Origin: Gemmatales bacterium
GTDB lineage: Bacteria > Planctomycetota > Planctomycetia > Gemmatales > HRBIN36
Assembly (NCBI GenBank): GCA_041640595.1
Contig: JBEPZY010000005.1
Location: 160,001 to 224,000 of the forward strand
Direction of reading: 5' to 3'
Length of the DNA stretch: 64,000 nt
Shown: piece after piece, positions 46,483 to 56,972 of the stretch
Numbering within the stretch: the stretch's first letter is position 1
How the letters are laid out: every line of letters begins with the position of its first letter
Program-made: the position numbers and the translations under genes
The notes under the pieces: model-generated
The model's database searches: none
Told to the model about the DNA's origin: nothing
The model's input: only the letters and a program-made list of their open reading frames with translations

Positions 46483-47607
46483 ATGAGCCAGCCGCAATAT
46501 GCCGTGCGGGATGTGGAAAAGATCACCAGTCCGGCTCTCCTGTTTTTCCGCGACCGGATCGAATCGAATCTGGAGCGGATGATCAACATCGCAGGTTCGC
46601 CAGATCGGCTCTGCCCGCACGTAAAAACCCACAAATGTCCGAATATTGTGCAACTGGAACTGGCACGGGGAATTCGCCATCACAAATGTGCGACTTTGGC
46701 CGAAGCGCTTATGCTGGCGGAAGCGGGGGCGGCCAGTGTACTGGTTGCCTATCCTCTTGTCGGCCCGAATTGCCGACTGTTCGCCGAGATGGTTCGGCAT
46801 TTTCCCAAAACGCGCTTCGCTGTGATCGCGGATCATCCGGCTGGTCTGGAAGCACTCTCGGCCGCGGCAGTCTCGCTGGGCGTCCAGGTGGAAGTATTGC
46901 TCGACCTCGACGTCGGGCAGCACCGCACCGGCGTGCCTTGCGGGGAAACGGCGGTGAGTCTGTATGAGAAAATCACGCGGTTACCCAGCTTGGTTCCCGG
47001 CGGCCTGCATGGCTACGATGGGCACAACCAGCAGCCAGAGCCCGAAGAGCGTCGTCGAGCAGTAGCGGCAATCGTCTGCGAATTGCAAGGCCTGCTCGAA
47101 CAGCTCCAGAAGCGCCGGTTGCCCGTGCCGCGCATTGTTGTCGGTGGCACACCGACCTTCCCCTGCTGGGCCGCGCAGCATTTACCGAATCTGCAATGCT
47201 CGCCCGGAACCTGCGTGCTGCACGACGCCAACTACGCCCGGAAGTTTCCCGATCTGGGATTCACCCCCGCGGCGCTGGTGTTGACCCGAGTCGTGAGCCG
47301 ACCAGCAACTGATCGCATCACGCTCGACCTGGGTTACAAAGCAATCTGCGCGGATCCTCCGGCAGGCCAGCGGTGTGTTTTTCCGGATTTGCCCGATTCC
47401 CGCCAGGTCTTGCATAACGAGGAACATCTGGTGCTGGAAACGCCGCTGGCTCAGCGTTATCAGCCCGGTGATGTGTTACTCGCAATTCCTGCCCATGTGT
47501 GCCCGACCTGTGCTCTGCACGATTTTGCCTATGTGGTCGAAAACGGCCGAATCAGTGGGCGCTGGGAAATCCCTGCCCGCCGGCGGTTAGTAGCTCTGGC
47601 GAAGTGA
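46483..47607 (+). CDS. D-threonine aldolase/D-serine dehydratase family PLP enzyme
   Basis: PHVKTHK, HGYDGH, GGTPT, EEH, PAHVCPT. Confidence 0.87.
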   Translation: MSQPQYAVRDVEKITSPALLFFRDRIESNLERMINIAGSPDRLCPHVKTHKCPNIVQLELARGIRHHKCATLAEALMLAEAGAASVLVAYPLVGPNCRLFAEMVRHFPKTRFAVIADHPAGLEALSAAAVSLGVQVEVLLDLDVGQHRTGVPCGETAVSLYEKITRLPSLVPGGLHGYDGHNQQPEPEERRRAVAAIVCELQGLLEQLQKRRLPVPRIVVGGTPTFPCWAAQHLPNLQCSPGTCVLHDANYARKFPDLGFTPAALVLTRVVSRPATDRITLDLGYKAICADPPAGQRCVFPDLPDSRQVLHNEEHLVLETPLAQRYQPGDVLLAIPAHVCPTCALHDFAYVVENGRISGRWEIPARRRLVALAK

Positions 47608-47796
47608 CGGCAAGTTTACCGTTGCTGCGGTGTGACCGCAATGATGGATCGCGGTCGGAGCGGTAAATGGTCTTTATTGCCGGCCACCATCGTGGTATAG
47701 TTGCGCGAGAGATGCTGCAACGCAGGTCATGCAAGCGCCTGGCGTGAACAACGCGGCGAGGAACTGGCGAAGGGCTCAGTTCGCGGAGAAAGGAAA

Positions 47797-48666
47797 ATGT
47801 GTGCTGGCCAGTGGCGTGCGATACAGCGACGCTCCGGGTATCTGCTGGGCAAGGGGACAGGTTTCGGCGTGGTGGTTTTTCTCGGCCTGCTCGCGGGATG
47901 GCAACCTGGTTCGTTGCCCGCACAGAATACGCCGGCATCCACCGGGCAGGTCGATCGGCAGGTCTGGCTGGATCGCCTGTTGCAATACTGGCAACGTGAG
48001 GCTGCCCGCACCGTCAAACTTCAGGCTCAGTTTGAGGCCACGCGAAAATTCAACAATTTCGGCGGCGTCGTCAAGAGTTACCAGGGCCTGGCCAAGTTCA
48101 TGCGCTTGCCGGACAATGCTTATGGCCTGCTGATTCAGCTCGTTGAAAAAGACCAGCCCCAGCGCTATGAGCGTTACCTGTGCACTGGCACCCATTTTTA
48201 CATATTCCGTCCGGAAGAGAAGACCGTGTATTTCCACACGCTGCCGCCTCGCAAAGCCAATGAAGTGCCCGATCAGGGGCCGATGTCTTTCCTGTTTGGC
48301 ATCAGCGCCGACGAAGCGAAAAAGCGTTACAAAATGCAGATCACTCAGCAGGATGAGTGGTACACCTATGTGCAAATCGAGCCACTCTTCCCCAAGGATC
48401 AGGTGGACTTCCTCTACGCTCGCCTGGCCGTGCTCAATAAGCCGACCAGGGCAATTCCGCAATACTATCCGCGGCAGATTTACTGGGTCGAACCGCAAAA
48501 AGTCGAGGTGACCTGGGACATGGTACAGTTGCTGCAAAACGAGTCGGCGACCCAGGTCGAACGCCGCGATTTCGCCGCCCCACAAGTTCCCTCGGGCTGG
48601 CAGCTCAAGCCGATCCAGCAACCATCGCAGCCCAATCAGCCTTCGGTAGTTCGGCCGCAACAATGA
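47797..48666 (+). CDS. TIGR03009-like planctomycete exported protein (LolA-like; start uncertain)
   Basis: Signal-like segment, LDRLLQYWQ, GPMSFLFGISADEAKKRY, PSGW. Confidence 0.6.
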   Translation: MCAGQWRAIQRRSGYLLGKGTGFGVVVFLGLLAGWQPGSLPAQNTPASTGQVDRQVWLDRLLQYWQREAARTVKLQAQFEATRKFNNFGGVVKSYQGLAKFMRLPDNAYGLLIQLVEKDQPQRYERYLCTGTHFYIFRPEEKTVYFHTLPPRKANEVPDQGPMSFLFGISADEAKKRYKMQITQQDEWYTYVQIEPLFPKDQVDFLYARLAVLNKPTRAIPQYYPRQIYWVEPQKVEVTWDMVQLLQNESATQVERRDFAAPQVPSGWQLKPIQQPSQPNQPSVVRPQQ

Positions 48667-48815
48667 GTTGCGCCAGTTCCCGTTTCTTTTTCCTTCCGGG
48701 CAGGCTGGCCGATTCGTCCATCGGCCATTAGGATAACTTACCGCTCGTTACGTTCCGAGCTTAGGCGTAACGATATTTCTCTCGCTGCTTGCTTCATACG
48801 AGGAGCTGAGGAACC

Positions 48816-49067
48816 ATGTCGCTGGATAAAAGTCTGCGCCGCAAAGGTGGCATCGTGCGAAGCCGCAACGTCCTTACCCGGGCAGAACGGATCAAGCAAC
48901 TGATGCAGGAGGAACGGTGGAAGGAGGGCATGAGTCCGTTCGGCTTGCCGAAAGTCCGCGTCATCAAGCTGAAGAAATCGAAGCGCTCCGCCAAGGAAGA
49001 AAAACCAGCAGCCACACAAACCGCCACTCCCGCCGCCGCACCCGCTGACTCCGAAAAGAAGAAGTAG
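48816..49067 (+). CDS. PVC superphylum small basic protein (TIGR04137-like)
   Basis: [26 protein letters not shown], Lys-rich. Confidence 0.85.
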   Translation: MSLDKSLRRKGGIVRSRNVLTRAERIKQLMQEERWKEGMSPFGLPKVRVIKLKKSKRSAKEEKPAATQTATPAAAPADSEKKK

Positions 49068-49138
49068 CTGCGCCGAGTTTCAAATCGCCAGTCGCCTTCT
49101 TCGGGCCACTGTAATTGCCGCAGTGGTGCGTGTGTGGG

Positions 49139-49618
49139 CTACGGGATGGTAATTTCGAGGATTTCCAGGCGGCGCAAACCGGCAGGAACGCGAATCTCGG
49201 CTATTTCCCCGACCTTTTTGCCCAGCAAACCCTGGGCCAGGGGGCTGGTGTACAAAATCTTGTTCGCGTTGTAATCTTGTTCGCCTGGGCCGACGATGTG
49301 CACAAAATCTTCCTCGCCGGTATCTAAGTTACGGAACCGCACCCGCGCACCGAAGACAACTTCACCCTGGGGTAGCTCGGATTTGTCCACAATATAGGCC
49401 CGTGCCAGTTTGTCGCGCAGGTCGTTGATTTTGGCCTGGAGGATGCCCTGGAGTTCGCGTGCGGCATGGTAATCCGCATTTTCCCGCAAATCGCCCAGAA
49501 CCCGCGCGTTAGCGATCCGTTGCCGCACTTCCGGCATCTGGACGTTTTCCAGGTGGTCGAGTTCTGCACGGAGTTTTTCGTAGCCTTCCCGAGTCATCGG
49601 TATCCGGTCCATGCTCAT
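49139..49618 (-). CDS. greA: Transcription elongation factor GreA
   Basis: PMTREGYEKL, GDLRENADYHAA, SPLAQGLLGKKVG. GGAGG SD. Confidence 0.93.
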   Translation of the reverse strand: MSMDRIPMTREGYEKLRAELDHLENVQMPEVRQRIANARVLGDLRENADYHAARELQGILQAKINDLRDKLARAYIVDKSELPQGEVVFGARVRFRNLDTGEEDFVHIVGPGEQDYNANKILYTSPLAQGLLGKKVGEIAEIRVPAGLRRLEILEITIP

Positions 49619-49957
49619 GGATTCCTCCAACTGCGACCGTGAATCTCTCAGCAGGGCGATAATATCCCCCGAATAATGCGGCTTCGGGCACCAAACCAGC
49701 ACTCGGCTTCGCTTGCGTTGCGGAATAGTTCAGCATCACTATTATACAGTGCCGCGATTGGCCACCAGACCAATCGGCTGGTTTGCATTTGGGCAGATAA
49801 ATTGTGCCAGCAGACAAGCTACGCAAAAGGGTCCCCGCTATGGGTCCGGCAAATCCCAGGCGATGCGAACGTCCTGGCTGTGTAGCGCAATTAGTCCGGC
49901 AGCTTATAGACCGGCCAGGTAAAAAGTCTCCTTCATCAAACTTGCCGGGTGTCGTGG

Positions 49958-51367
49958 CTAATCCGGCAGCTTATAAGGCGGACGGTATTCGTAACTGAGC
50001 AGGCGATCCGCTTCGGGACAGTTGAGGAAGCGTTCCCGGTCTGCGTCCCATTGTAGATAACGCTGCAAGCGATGGGCGATGTTGCCGATCAGAGGGGCCG
50101 ATGTGCTGCGGTGACCGGATTCAATGTCGGAATTGCATCGCTGTCGGCTGCGAACACAGTCGAGGAAGTTGCGGACATGAAATTCTGTGTCGGCAGAACC
50201 ACTCTGCTTTTTGCCGGCAATCACCGTGTGTGCACCCTTGCGGTATTCGCGTTCCCGCGTGCGATCCAGCGGCGTGCGGGCCGGAACTTCGTTCGGCGTA
50301 ATCGTCTCCGGCACAACTTCGTAACCGTTGGAAAACAGATAGAGTGTGCCTTTGGTGCCGCGGAATTCGATCTCGCATGGTCGTGCTCCTCCGGGAGCAG
50401 CATTGGCGTCTATCTGGGAAAAACTCACCAGTACCAGCCCGCTTCCGGGTTCTCCTGGCAGTTGCCGGGCACTGTTTTTGCTGCCGGGATAAGTCCAGAG
50501 CACTTCCAGGGTGTCGGGTACCTCACGGTTGTCGAAGTCAGCAAACTTGCCGCCCATGGCCGTAACTGCCAGCGGCTTATCCACGCCCAGACACCAGTGG
50601 ATCATGTCGAGGTAGTGAACGCCGAAGTTTGTCAGTTGTCCGCCGGAGTAGTCGTAGAACCAGCGGAAGCGGTAGAAGGCACGGTTGCGGTTGTATGGTT
50701 TGACTGGTGCCGGGCCGAGCCAGGCGTCCCAGTTCAGGTCTTTCGGAGGCGGTTCGTCTGGCGGTCGGCCAATGCCTTTGGGCCATTCATTGCGGATGTG
50801 GAAAGCGCGAACCCGTGTGATCTGACCAATCCCACCTTCCCGCAAGAACTGTGCGACTTCCTGGCAAAACGGCGACGACCGCCGATGCAATCCCACCTGA
50901 CACACCCGCCGATAACGCTGGCAGGCCTCGACCATTTTCCGCCCTTCAACAACGCACAGCGATAAGGGCTTTTCTACGAAAACATCCTTGCCGGCCTGAA
51001 ACGCATGGATGGTTTGCAAAGCGTGCCAGTGATCGGGCGTGCAAATCACTACCGCATCCACATCCTTGCGATCCAGCAGCTGCCGATAGTCCTCGAACTG
51101 GCTCACCTGACTGGCGGCCGCGTCAGCCTGAGCAATTTTGCGGCAGGCAAAGTCGCGGTACGGCGCATACAAATCGCACACCGCGACCACCTGGCAATCC
51201 TTTTGTTTCAAAAAAGCATCCAGCACCTGATCGCCGCGATTGCCGACACCGATAAAGCCGACGCGAATCCGCTCGTTGGCACCGAGCACTTGCGAGCTCG
51301 CCAGTGCCGAAAGCGCACCCGCTATCGCCAGTCGCTTACCAAACTGCCGCCGTGTCATTCGCCCCAT
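49958..51367 (-). CDS. Gfo/Idh/MocA family oxidoreductase, Tat signal
   Basis: [39 protein letters not shown]. Confidence 0.88.
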   Translation of the reverse strand: MGRMTRRQFGKRLAIAGALSALASSQVLGANERIRVGFIGVGNRGDQVLDAFLKQKDCQVVAVCDLYAPYRDFACRKIAQADAAASQVSQFEDYRQLLDRKDVDAVVICTPDHWHALQTIHAFQAGKDVFVEKPLSLCVVEGRKMVEACQRYRRVCQVGLHRRSSPFCQEVAQFLREGGIGQITRVRAFHIRNEWPKGIGRPPDEPPPKDLNWDAWLGPAPVKPYNRNRAFYRFRWFYDYSGGQLTNFGVHYLDMIHWCLGVDKPLAVTAMGGKFADFDNREVPDTLEVLWTYPGSKNSARQLPGEPGSGLVLVSFSQIDANAAPGGARPCEIEFRGTKGTLYLFSNGYEVVPETITPNEVPARTPLDRTREREYRKGAHTVIAGKKQSGSADTEFHVRNFLDCVRSRQRCNSDIESGHRSTSAPLIGNIAHRLQRYLQWDADRERFLNCPEADRLLSYEYRPPYKLPD

Positions 51368-51693
51368 GACTTGCCTCCTGTTATTCCACGCCACTGAAAG
51401 TTGTTGTACGAGAAACTATGATTGACCGCAATACACGCAGCCAAAGGCGTTCCCGACCTTCCCGGCTAATTTATGGGCCGGAACAAATATGGCTTCCGGG
51501 TGCGTTTTCGGCGGCAGATCCTTACAGGCTCGCTCCCCGGCAGCCGGAACAGAAAACCGCTTTATCTGCCGTTTCTATGCCGCCGCGCTACCAGGCGATT
51601 CCCTTTTCTCGTGGTCAATAGATGCGCTACCCATGCTGGAACGTTTAGGCGTCTGCGGAAAAATCAGCCCTTCGGGTGTCGCTGGCGTATGCT

Positions 51694-52326
51694 TTATTGG
51701 GCCGAGGGTACCGGTTGATGATCGGGGCACTCCACACGCAATTCGGCCAATCGCAGGGGCTGATTCAATAGTCGGCAATGATGTGGAGCTTGTGGGTCTG
51801 AGTAGCGGTGTGGCTCAAAAAACACGCATGTGGTACACATTCGTGCTACCTCGATTACGCCAGCTCGCTGTAAGCCAGCGATGAGCTGCAGCAGGGTCTC
51901 CAGAAACAGCCCCTTTTGCGATTGCGGCAAGCTACCCAATTGCCTGCGAAGGGGGGTGACCCACTCTCCCATTCTGCGAGCCAGAGCCCGACCACGTGGG
52001 GACAACCTTAGCCATACTACCCGCCTGTCATGGGCATCGGTGGCGCGTTGAAGCAACCCTTTGCGCACTAAAGCACTCACCGCGTCGCTGAGGGTGGATT
52101 GTTTCAGCGAGAAACGCCGCGCCAGTTCGCTGACGGTGGTACGCGACTCCGGAGCCGCGAGTAGATAGATGAGGATCTGCGCTTGCGTGGCGCTGAGACG
52201 CTTCTTCCAGGCCGTATGCCACAAAGACGTATGCAACGCTTGCGCCAGACGCTCCAGCGCTGCCACAATCTTGGCGTCTAAGTTCTGCTCGCCTTCAGCT
52301 TCAGCCGCAGAAATACGGTTGTTCAA
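51694..52326 (-). CDS. MarR-family regulator with C-terminal four-Cys domain
   Basis: wHTH (TVSELARRF..TLSDAVSALVRKGLL..DRRVV) plus RMCTTC..HHCRLL..RVECPDH. Confidence 0.85.
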   Translation of the reverse strand: MNNRISAAEAEGEQNLDAKIVAALERLAQALHTSLWHTAWKKRLSATQAQILIYLLAAPESRTTVSELARRFSLKQSTLSDAVSALVRKGLLQRATDAHDRRVVWLRLSPRGRALARRMGEWVTPLRRQLGSLPQSQKGLFLETLLQLIAGLQRAGVIEVARMCTTCVFFEPHRYSDPQAPHHCRLLNQPLRLAELRVECPDHQPVPSAQ

Positions 52327-52341
52327 GCCTGGTGGGTTGGC

Positions 52342-52938
52342 TTAGAAATCGCCTTCCCTGGCATAGGGTTGGCTCCAGAGAATCACCTGCAAGGTTACCG
52401 CTTTAAACCACGCGTGATACATTTTATCCACTTCTTGCGGCGAATGGCCCTTTTTAGCCAGGAAGTCACGGATGGTAACTGTGATCGGCACGATGAAGGC
52501 GATGAGATACCGTAGGGGAACAATGTCCGTGGCAGCGGCTACGTGGTCGGTTTGGTTCTTCTTGGTGCGATGGTGCCTCAGGCCGATCTCATGCTGGTAA
52601 TTCAGCCAGTCCTGGTCGTGCGGGCGGTTACAGGTATCGAGAATCCACTGCCCGAAGCGACGTCGCACGGCCGCCAGATACTCGCCGATCGGTTGCCCGT
52701 TCTTGTCGAGAAAGTACTTCACCAGATGCGGTTGAGAACCGACAAAACCATACCACAGGTCGAGGATCTGCTCGACCTGATCGGCGAGCACCTGTCCAGC
52801 CAGGCGTAAATAGCGAACATCCTCGTCGGTGAAAAGCAGTGCCTTTTTGATGTCTTCCAGCTCCGCCAGTGTGAGCGGCGAGCGAGCTACCGTCGGTTGG
52901 CCGTAGGTGTAGCCGGGGATACTGGTCGTGGTACTCAT
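52342..52938 (-). CDS. Protoglobin
   Basis: IPGYTYG, EQILDLWYGFV, RFGQWILDT, YQHEIGLRHHRTKKNQTD, AWFKAVTLQVILWSQPY. GAGGAGG SD. Confidence 0.9.
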   Translation of the reverse strand: MSTTTSIPGYTYGQPTVARSPLTLAELEDIKKALLFTDEDVRYLRLAGQVLADQVEQILDLWYGFVGSQPHLVKYFLDKNGQPIGEYLAAVRRRFGQWILDTCNRPHDQDWLNYQHEIGLRHHRTKKNQTDHVAAATDIVPLRYLIAFIVPITVTIRDFLAKKGHSPQEVDKMYHAWFKAVTLQVILWSQPYAREGDF

Positions 52939-52969
52939 GTATGGTCCTCCTCAGGCGACCTCGTTCTAT

Positions 52970-53038
52970 TAGGACTCCTACGCTGTTATATAGGAATCCT
53001 ATACATCTGCATTCTATGCTTATCCAGCACGCTGTCAA
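52970..53038 (-). promoter_or_regulatory. Sigma70 promoter with two palindromic operators upstream of the protoglobin gene
   Basis: Minus strand TTGACA(53038-53033)-16-TAGAAT(53016-53011); TATAGGA-A-TCCTATA at 52989-53003 and TAGGA-C-TCCTA at 52970-52980. Confidence 0.7.
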
Positions 53039-53558
53039 GTGCAGTTGAGAAAATGGAGACGGTTTGCGAACCGCCCGCGGAGGTGATAGCAAGCTGGGAT
53101 GCTTTCCATGGCGCCGATTGGCGGGATCCTGATTTCTCCAGCCGACTGTTGCCGCGACGATTGCCACACAGCCGAACCAATTGCGCTGGTGCGTTACAGC
53201 ACGTTGCCGGTATCTGTACCTCAGACGGAATAGCGTGCCGGCTACTTAAATCCGGTGTGTGGATAGGCTGGCCTGCCTTTTGCACCCGACAAGCAGCTAA
53301 TTGGGCGACTTTGGTTTTGTCGCTCACCGTTACGTTGACCTTCGCAGTTGGTACCTGGCGTCCACCAGTTAGTGCGAGCGATCGCCGCTTACTCATGTAC
53401 ACTGGCCTGCGTGTTCGGCACAGGGTGGTATTGCCAGCCGTCTGGCTTGCTGGGATATAATTAAGCCGCTGATAAACGAGCCTGGCTTGCGAGAATGCAA
53501 CGCTTCGGCCCGGGAAACTGCGTGGCGGAAAACATCTGCCAGCGGTGAAGAAGAACAC

Positions 53559-53631
53559 GCCCCCTTAGCTCAACTGGTAGAGCAACTGACTCTTAATCAG
53601 TGGGTTGCAGGTTCGAGTCCTGCAGGGGGCA
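53559..53631 (+). tRNA. tRNA-Lys(CTT), CCA not encoded
   Basis: GCCCCCTTAGCTCAACTGGTAGAGCAACTGACTCTTAATCAGTGGGTTGCAGGTTCGAGTCCTGCAGGGGGCA. Confidence 0.96.
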
Positions 53632-53948
53632 CTTGGTAATGCCCAAGCGAAGAAGCTAGCGGTTGTCCTCGGTCTCTGTCCCAAAGCAGCAAAGGCACTG
53701 CTCGAAGCGCAGCAATCGGTAATTGGCAGCCATAGCACGGTTCGCATTCTATCCCCCGACGAGGATGTTGGTGACAAATAACCGCAACAGGCGATTCCCG
53801 GCGACGGCACGGTCGGCATCGCCCGTATTGGGCGGGGAGTGATCCTGCAGATTGTAAAGGGCCGAAGTTGCAATTGTGGTTCCGAGGCCATGCAGGCCGT
53901 GTTTCGATATGACTGACAGCGAGCATGACGAGCAAGGGGGAGTCACGC

Positions 53949-54365
53949 ATGCGAATTGGCGAACTGGCGAAACGATGCGGCGTGAGTGTGCAGACGCTTC
54001 GCTTTTACGAGCGGAAAGGCCTCTTACCCGAGCCACCGCGGCGGCTGTCCGGCTATCGCGACTATCCGCCAGAGGCGGAGAAGCTGGTGCGGTTCATTCG
54101 GACGGCCAAGACGTTTGGCTTCTCGCTGCACGAAATCAGAGAACTGTTGGGGCTGCAACGGCGAAGTTGGGCCACGTGTGCGGATATATGTGCCTTTGTT
54201 GCACGGAAGCTCGAGCAAATCGAAGCCAGGATTCACGAGCTGCAAGAGAGCCGTCGTATGCTGTCACAACTTCTTGAGCACTGCCCCGGCCGTGGGCCGC
54301 TGGCGGATTGTACGATTTTGCGAACACTGGCCCCAGACGACAGCACTTCGGCTGGCAGAGCATAA
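53949..54365 (+). CDS. Metal-responsive MerR-family regulator (ZntR/CadR/MerR type)
   Basis: MRIGELA..TLRFYERKGLL..SGYRDY..GFSLHEI; Cys residues in TCADIC and HCPGRGPLADCTIL. Confidence 0.9.
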   Translation: MRIGELAKRCGVSVQTLRFYERKGLLPEPPRRLSGYRDYPPEAEKLVRFIRTAKTFGFSLHEIRELLGLQRRSWATCADICAFVARKLEQIEARIHELQESRRMLSQLLEHCPGRGPLADCTILRTLAPDDSTSAGRA

Positions 54366-54454
54366 GGCCGCCACCTGGCAGAAAGGCTTATAACCTTTGC
54401 CGTCTTCCAGGTGCACGCTGAGTTTGGTTTGTCGCTGATTTTCCGCAACCACCG

Positions 54455-54486
54455 TTGAACCCGATACCAAGGTAGAGAGTCATAAT
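54455..54486 (+). promoter_or_regulatory. MerR-type promoter (20-bp spacer with dyad)
   Basis: TTGAAC-20-CATAAT; imperfect palindrome ACCCGATACC-AA-GGTAGAGAGT (14 of 22 positions symmetric). Confidence 0.65.
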
Positions 54487-54604
54487 ACAGATGACGGCGT
54501 GCACGCCTGCGTAAAAGCTCGGCCCGTGAATCTGCTCACCGAGTCGGGATGCTGCTCCCAACCGAATGGGACGCTGCTCTCCACCACAGTAAGGAGGTGT
54601 AACA

Positions 54605-54850
54605 ATGTCCCGAAGAAATTGGCTGTGGTACGTGCTGAGCGGTAGCGTTCTGGTGCTGACCGCAGCACTGGGTTATGCTGGCTGGCGGCAGATGGAATTG
54701 GGCACAGCGCGACAGGGCTATATTTGCCCGCTTACGGGAGAAACCTTGCCCTGCCCGCAATGCTGTCCCCTTGCGGAACAGTACGTTTGCCCGCTGACCG
54801 GCGAGGCGCTGCCGTGCCCGCAATGTTGTCCGCTGCAGGCCTCGAAGTAA
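54605..54850 (+). CDS. Small membrane-anchored Cys-rich repeat protein
   Basis: AAGGAGG SD, N-terminal TM, two copies of YxCPLTGExLPCPQCCPL. Confidence 0.8.
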   Translation: MSRRNWLWYVLSGSVLVLTAALGYAGWRQMELGTARQGYICPLTGETLPCPQCCPLAEQYVCPLTGEALPCPQCCPLQASK

Positions 54851-54981
54851 TTGCCTGGATGGCGTACCGGCCTTAGATAGGTAGCTGTGCCTGGGGCCTG
54901 CGCCCCTCACCGCTGCAGGCCCCGCACTCTTCGCGTGAACGCTTACGCAGACCGAGGGATAGCGAAACTTCGGTGGGTTAG

Positions 54982-56046
54982 TTATTCGACGAGAACGCTG
55001 CCGGGTTCGCCTTCCTTGCCGGCAATGGTGATGCGGCGAGGAAGGAAGCGGGAAACGACTTCGGCGTTGGTGATGAGGTGGGAAGTGATGGTGCTGACCG
55101 GAAAAGAGGAACGACCTGCCGCCAGGGCCAAGGGCAGGAGCAACTGGTCGGCACTGTGGGGGTCAACAGCCTGCGGGCCATGTTCAGCGTGATGCAGTAA
55201 CTCATCCACAGCATCGTCGGCGACACGTTCGGCTGGTTTGCCACGTTCGCCCAAAGCTGCGAACAGTGTAGGGACGGGTCCCAGTTGCCAGACGAGTGCC
55301 AGCACGGTGCCCGGCCCATCTTCCCAGGACTGGATTTCGATTTCGGCATCCAAGCCGGCCTGACGCAAGCGTTTTTCCGCACGGTGGGCTTGGCGCTCAG
55401 CAATACTGAGTGGAAGTCCGGCGACAGCACTGAATCCAGTGACGGCGAGTTGACGGCCCCAGCGTGGAATGGGTGGATGTGCGGCCTGGTCAGCTACCAG
55501 TACCAGCGGCTGCACGGCTGAGCTTGGGCTGATCTGCGCTTCGACCACGCCACCTCCTCGCGGATAGAAACCAGGCCGACGCATCTTCAGCCGCACTCGC
55601 AATCCCAGCTTTTCCAGCCAAGTCCGCCACGTTGTCTCCAGGAAGTGGAAGCAGGGACTTTTCGGGACATGCGTGCCACCGCTGATCACCACTTCGCTGG
55701 GTTCGTTGGCCGCCAGGGCGAGGGGATAATAGACGGTTTGCAGAACCAGGCTGGTAGCGCCCGCCGTACCGATGCTGAAATGGTATTGCCCTGGTTGCAC
55801 CCGACCGGGAATGAACGTCAACTCGCCGCTGCCGAGGGTGTCGCCGTGGACTTCTGCCTGACTGATTTGAGCGGCGGCACGCACGCAGCTGAGATGCTGC
55901 GGTTGTAAACCGGGCTTGGGCCGATTCGCACGTATCCGCACTAATCGAAATGCCTTGCCTGTCAACAATGCCAGCGTCAGGCTGGTGCGCAGAATCTGCC
56001 CACCACCTTCCCCGAAAGAGCCATCCAGTTCGAGCAAATGTGTCAT
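54982..56046 (-). CDS. rtcA: RNA 3'-terminal phosphate cyclase
   Basis: LDGSFGEGGGQILRT, RPKPGL..QH, GFYPRGGG, DPHSADQLL, HLITN. Confidence 0.93.
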   Translation of the reverse strand: MTHLLELDGSFGEGGGQILRTSLTLALLTGKAFRLVRIRANRPKPGLQPQHLSCVRAAAQISQAEVHGDTLGSGELTFIPGRVQPGQYHFSIGTAGATSLVLQTVYYPLALAANEPSEVVISGGTHVPKSPCFHFLETTWRTWLEKLGLRVRLKMRRPGFYPRGGGVVEAQISPSSAVQPLVLVADQAAHPPIPRWGRQLAVTGFSAVAGLPLSIAERQAHRAEKRLRQAGLDAEIEIQSWEDGPGTVLALVWQLGPVPTLFAALGERGKPAERVADDAVDELLHHAEHGPQAVDPHSADQLLLPLALAAGRSSFPVSTITSHLITNAEVVSRFLPRRITIAGKEGEPGSVLVE

Positions 56047-56123
56047 GGTCGCCAGGGATGCCAGATGCAGGAACTCAGGCAGTGGACAAATGCCGATTAA
56101 TCCGAGGCCGTGTCGTGGCGAAA

Positions 56124-56972
56124 CTACTTTGTTGTGCGAATGCGTAATGCCTTGAATCGGCGGACGCAATCGGTAATCGCGGTTTCCGCCGGTAAGCGCT
56201 CAATGCTGGAAGCGCCGAAGAAACCGACCACGCCTTCGGTATGGTCGAGGATGTACTGGGCATCTTCGGGTTCGGAAATCGGTCCGCCATGACAGAGCAC
56301 CAGGATGTCCGGATTAACTTTCTTGGCGGCATCGTGCATGGCCTGTACTCGGCGGGCGGCTTCTTCGAGCGTCATGGCGGTTTTGGCGCCGATCATCCCT
56401 TTGGTGGTCAGACCCATGTGCGGGATAATTACGTCGGCACCGGCGCGGGCCATGTCGCGGGCTTCGTCTTCGTTAAACACATACGGGCAGGTGAGCAGCC
56501 CCAGTTCGTGCGCTTGCCGGATCATGTCCACTTCCAGACCGAAACCCATGCCGGTTTCTTCCAGGTTTTGCCGGAACAAACTGTCGCGGTCAATCAGGCC
56601 GACGGTGGGGAAGTTTTGCACGCCGCTGAATCCGATCTCCATCAGTTCGCGGAGGAAAAGCGGCATAATGCGAAAAGGATCGGTGCCGCACACCCCGGCC
56701 AGGACCGGCGTGTTTTTGACGATGGGCAACACCTCGCGGGCCATTTCCACAACAATTTGATTGGCGTCGCCGTAGGGCATCATGCCTGCCAGACTGCCGC
56801 GGCCGGCCATGCGGTAGCGACCGGAGTTGTAGATGATGATCAGGTCAATGCCGCCGGCTTCCGCACATTTGGCGCTGAGACCGATACCGGCACCACCGCC
56901 GATGATCGGTTTGCCGGCTCGTATTTGCGAACGCAGACGTTCCAGACATTGTTCACGGGTGAATCGTGGCAT
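56124..56972 (-). CDS. Phosphoenolpyruvate hydrolase-like TIM-barrel protein
   Basis: [53 protein letters not shown]. Confidence 0.85.
   Translation of the reverse strand: MPRFTREQCLERLRSQIRAGKPIIGGGAGIGLSAKCAEAGGIDLIIIYNSGRYRMAGRGSLAGMMPYGDANQIVVEMAREVLPIVKNTPVLAGVCGTDPFRIMPLFLRELMEIGFSGVQNFPTVGLIDRDSLFRQNLEETGMGFGLEVDMIRQAHELGLLTCPYVFNEDEARDMARAGADVIIPHMGLTTKGMIGAKTAMTLEEAARRVQAMHDAAKKVNPDILVLCHGGPISEPEDAQYILDHTEGVVGFFGASSIERLPAETAITDCVRRFKALRIRTTK

Noticed and set aside
45712..46923. 403-aa minus-strand ORF
   Set aside because: Antisense to well-supported PQQ-propeller and PLP-enzyme genes; no motifs
53610..54930. Integrative element at tRNA-Lys bounded by att repeats
   Set aside because: No integrase and no duplicated tRNA 3' end found; the GGGGCCTGC/GCAGGCCCC near 54893-54923 is simply a hairpin between convergent genes
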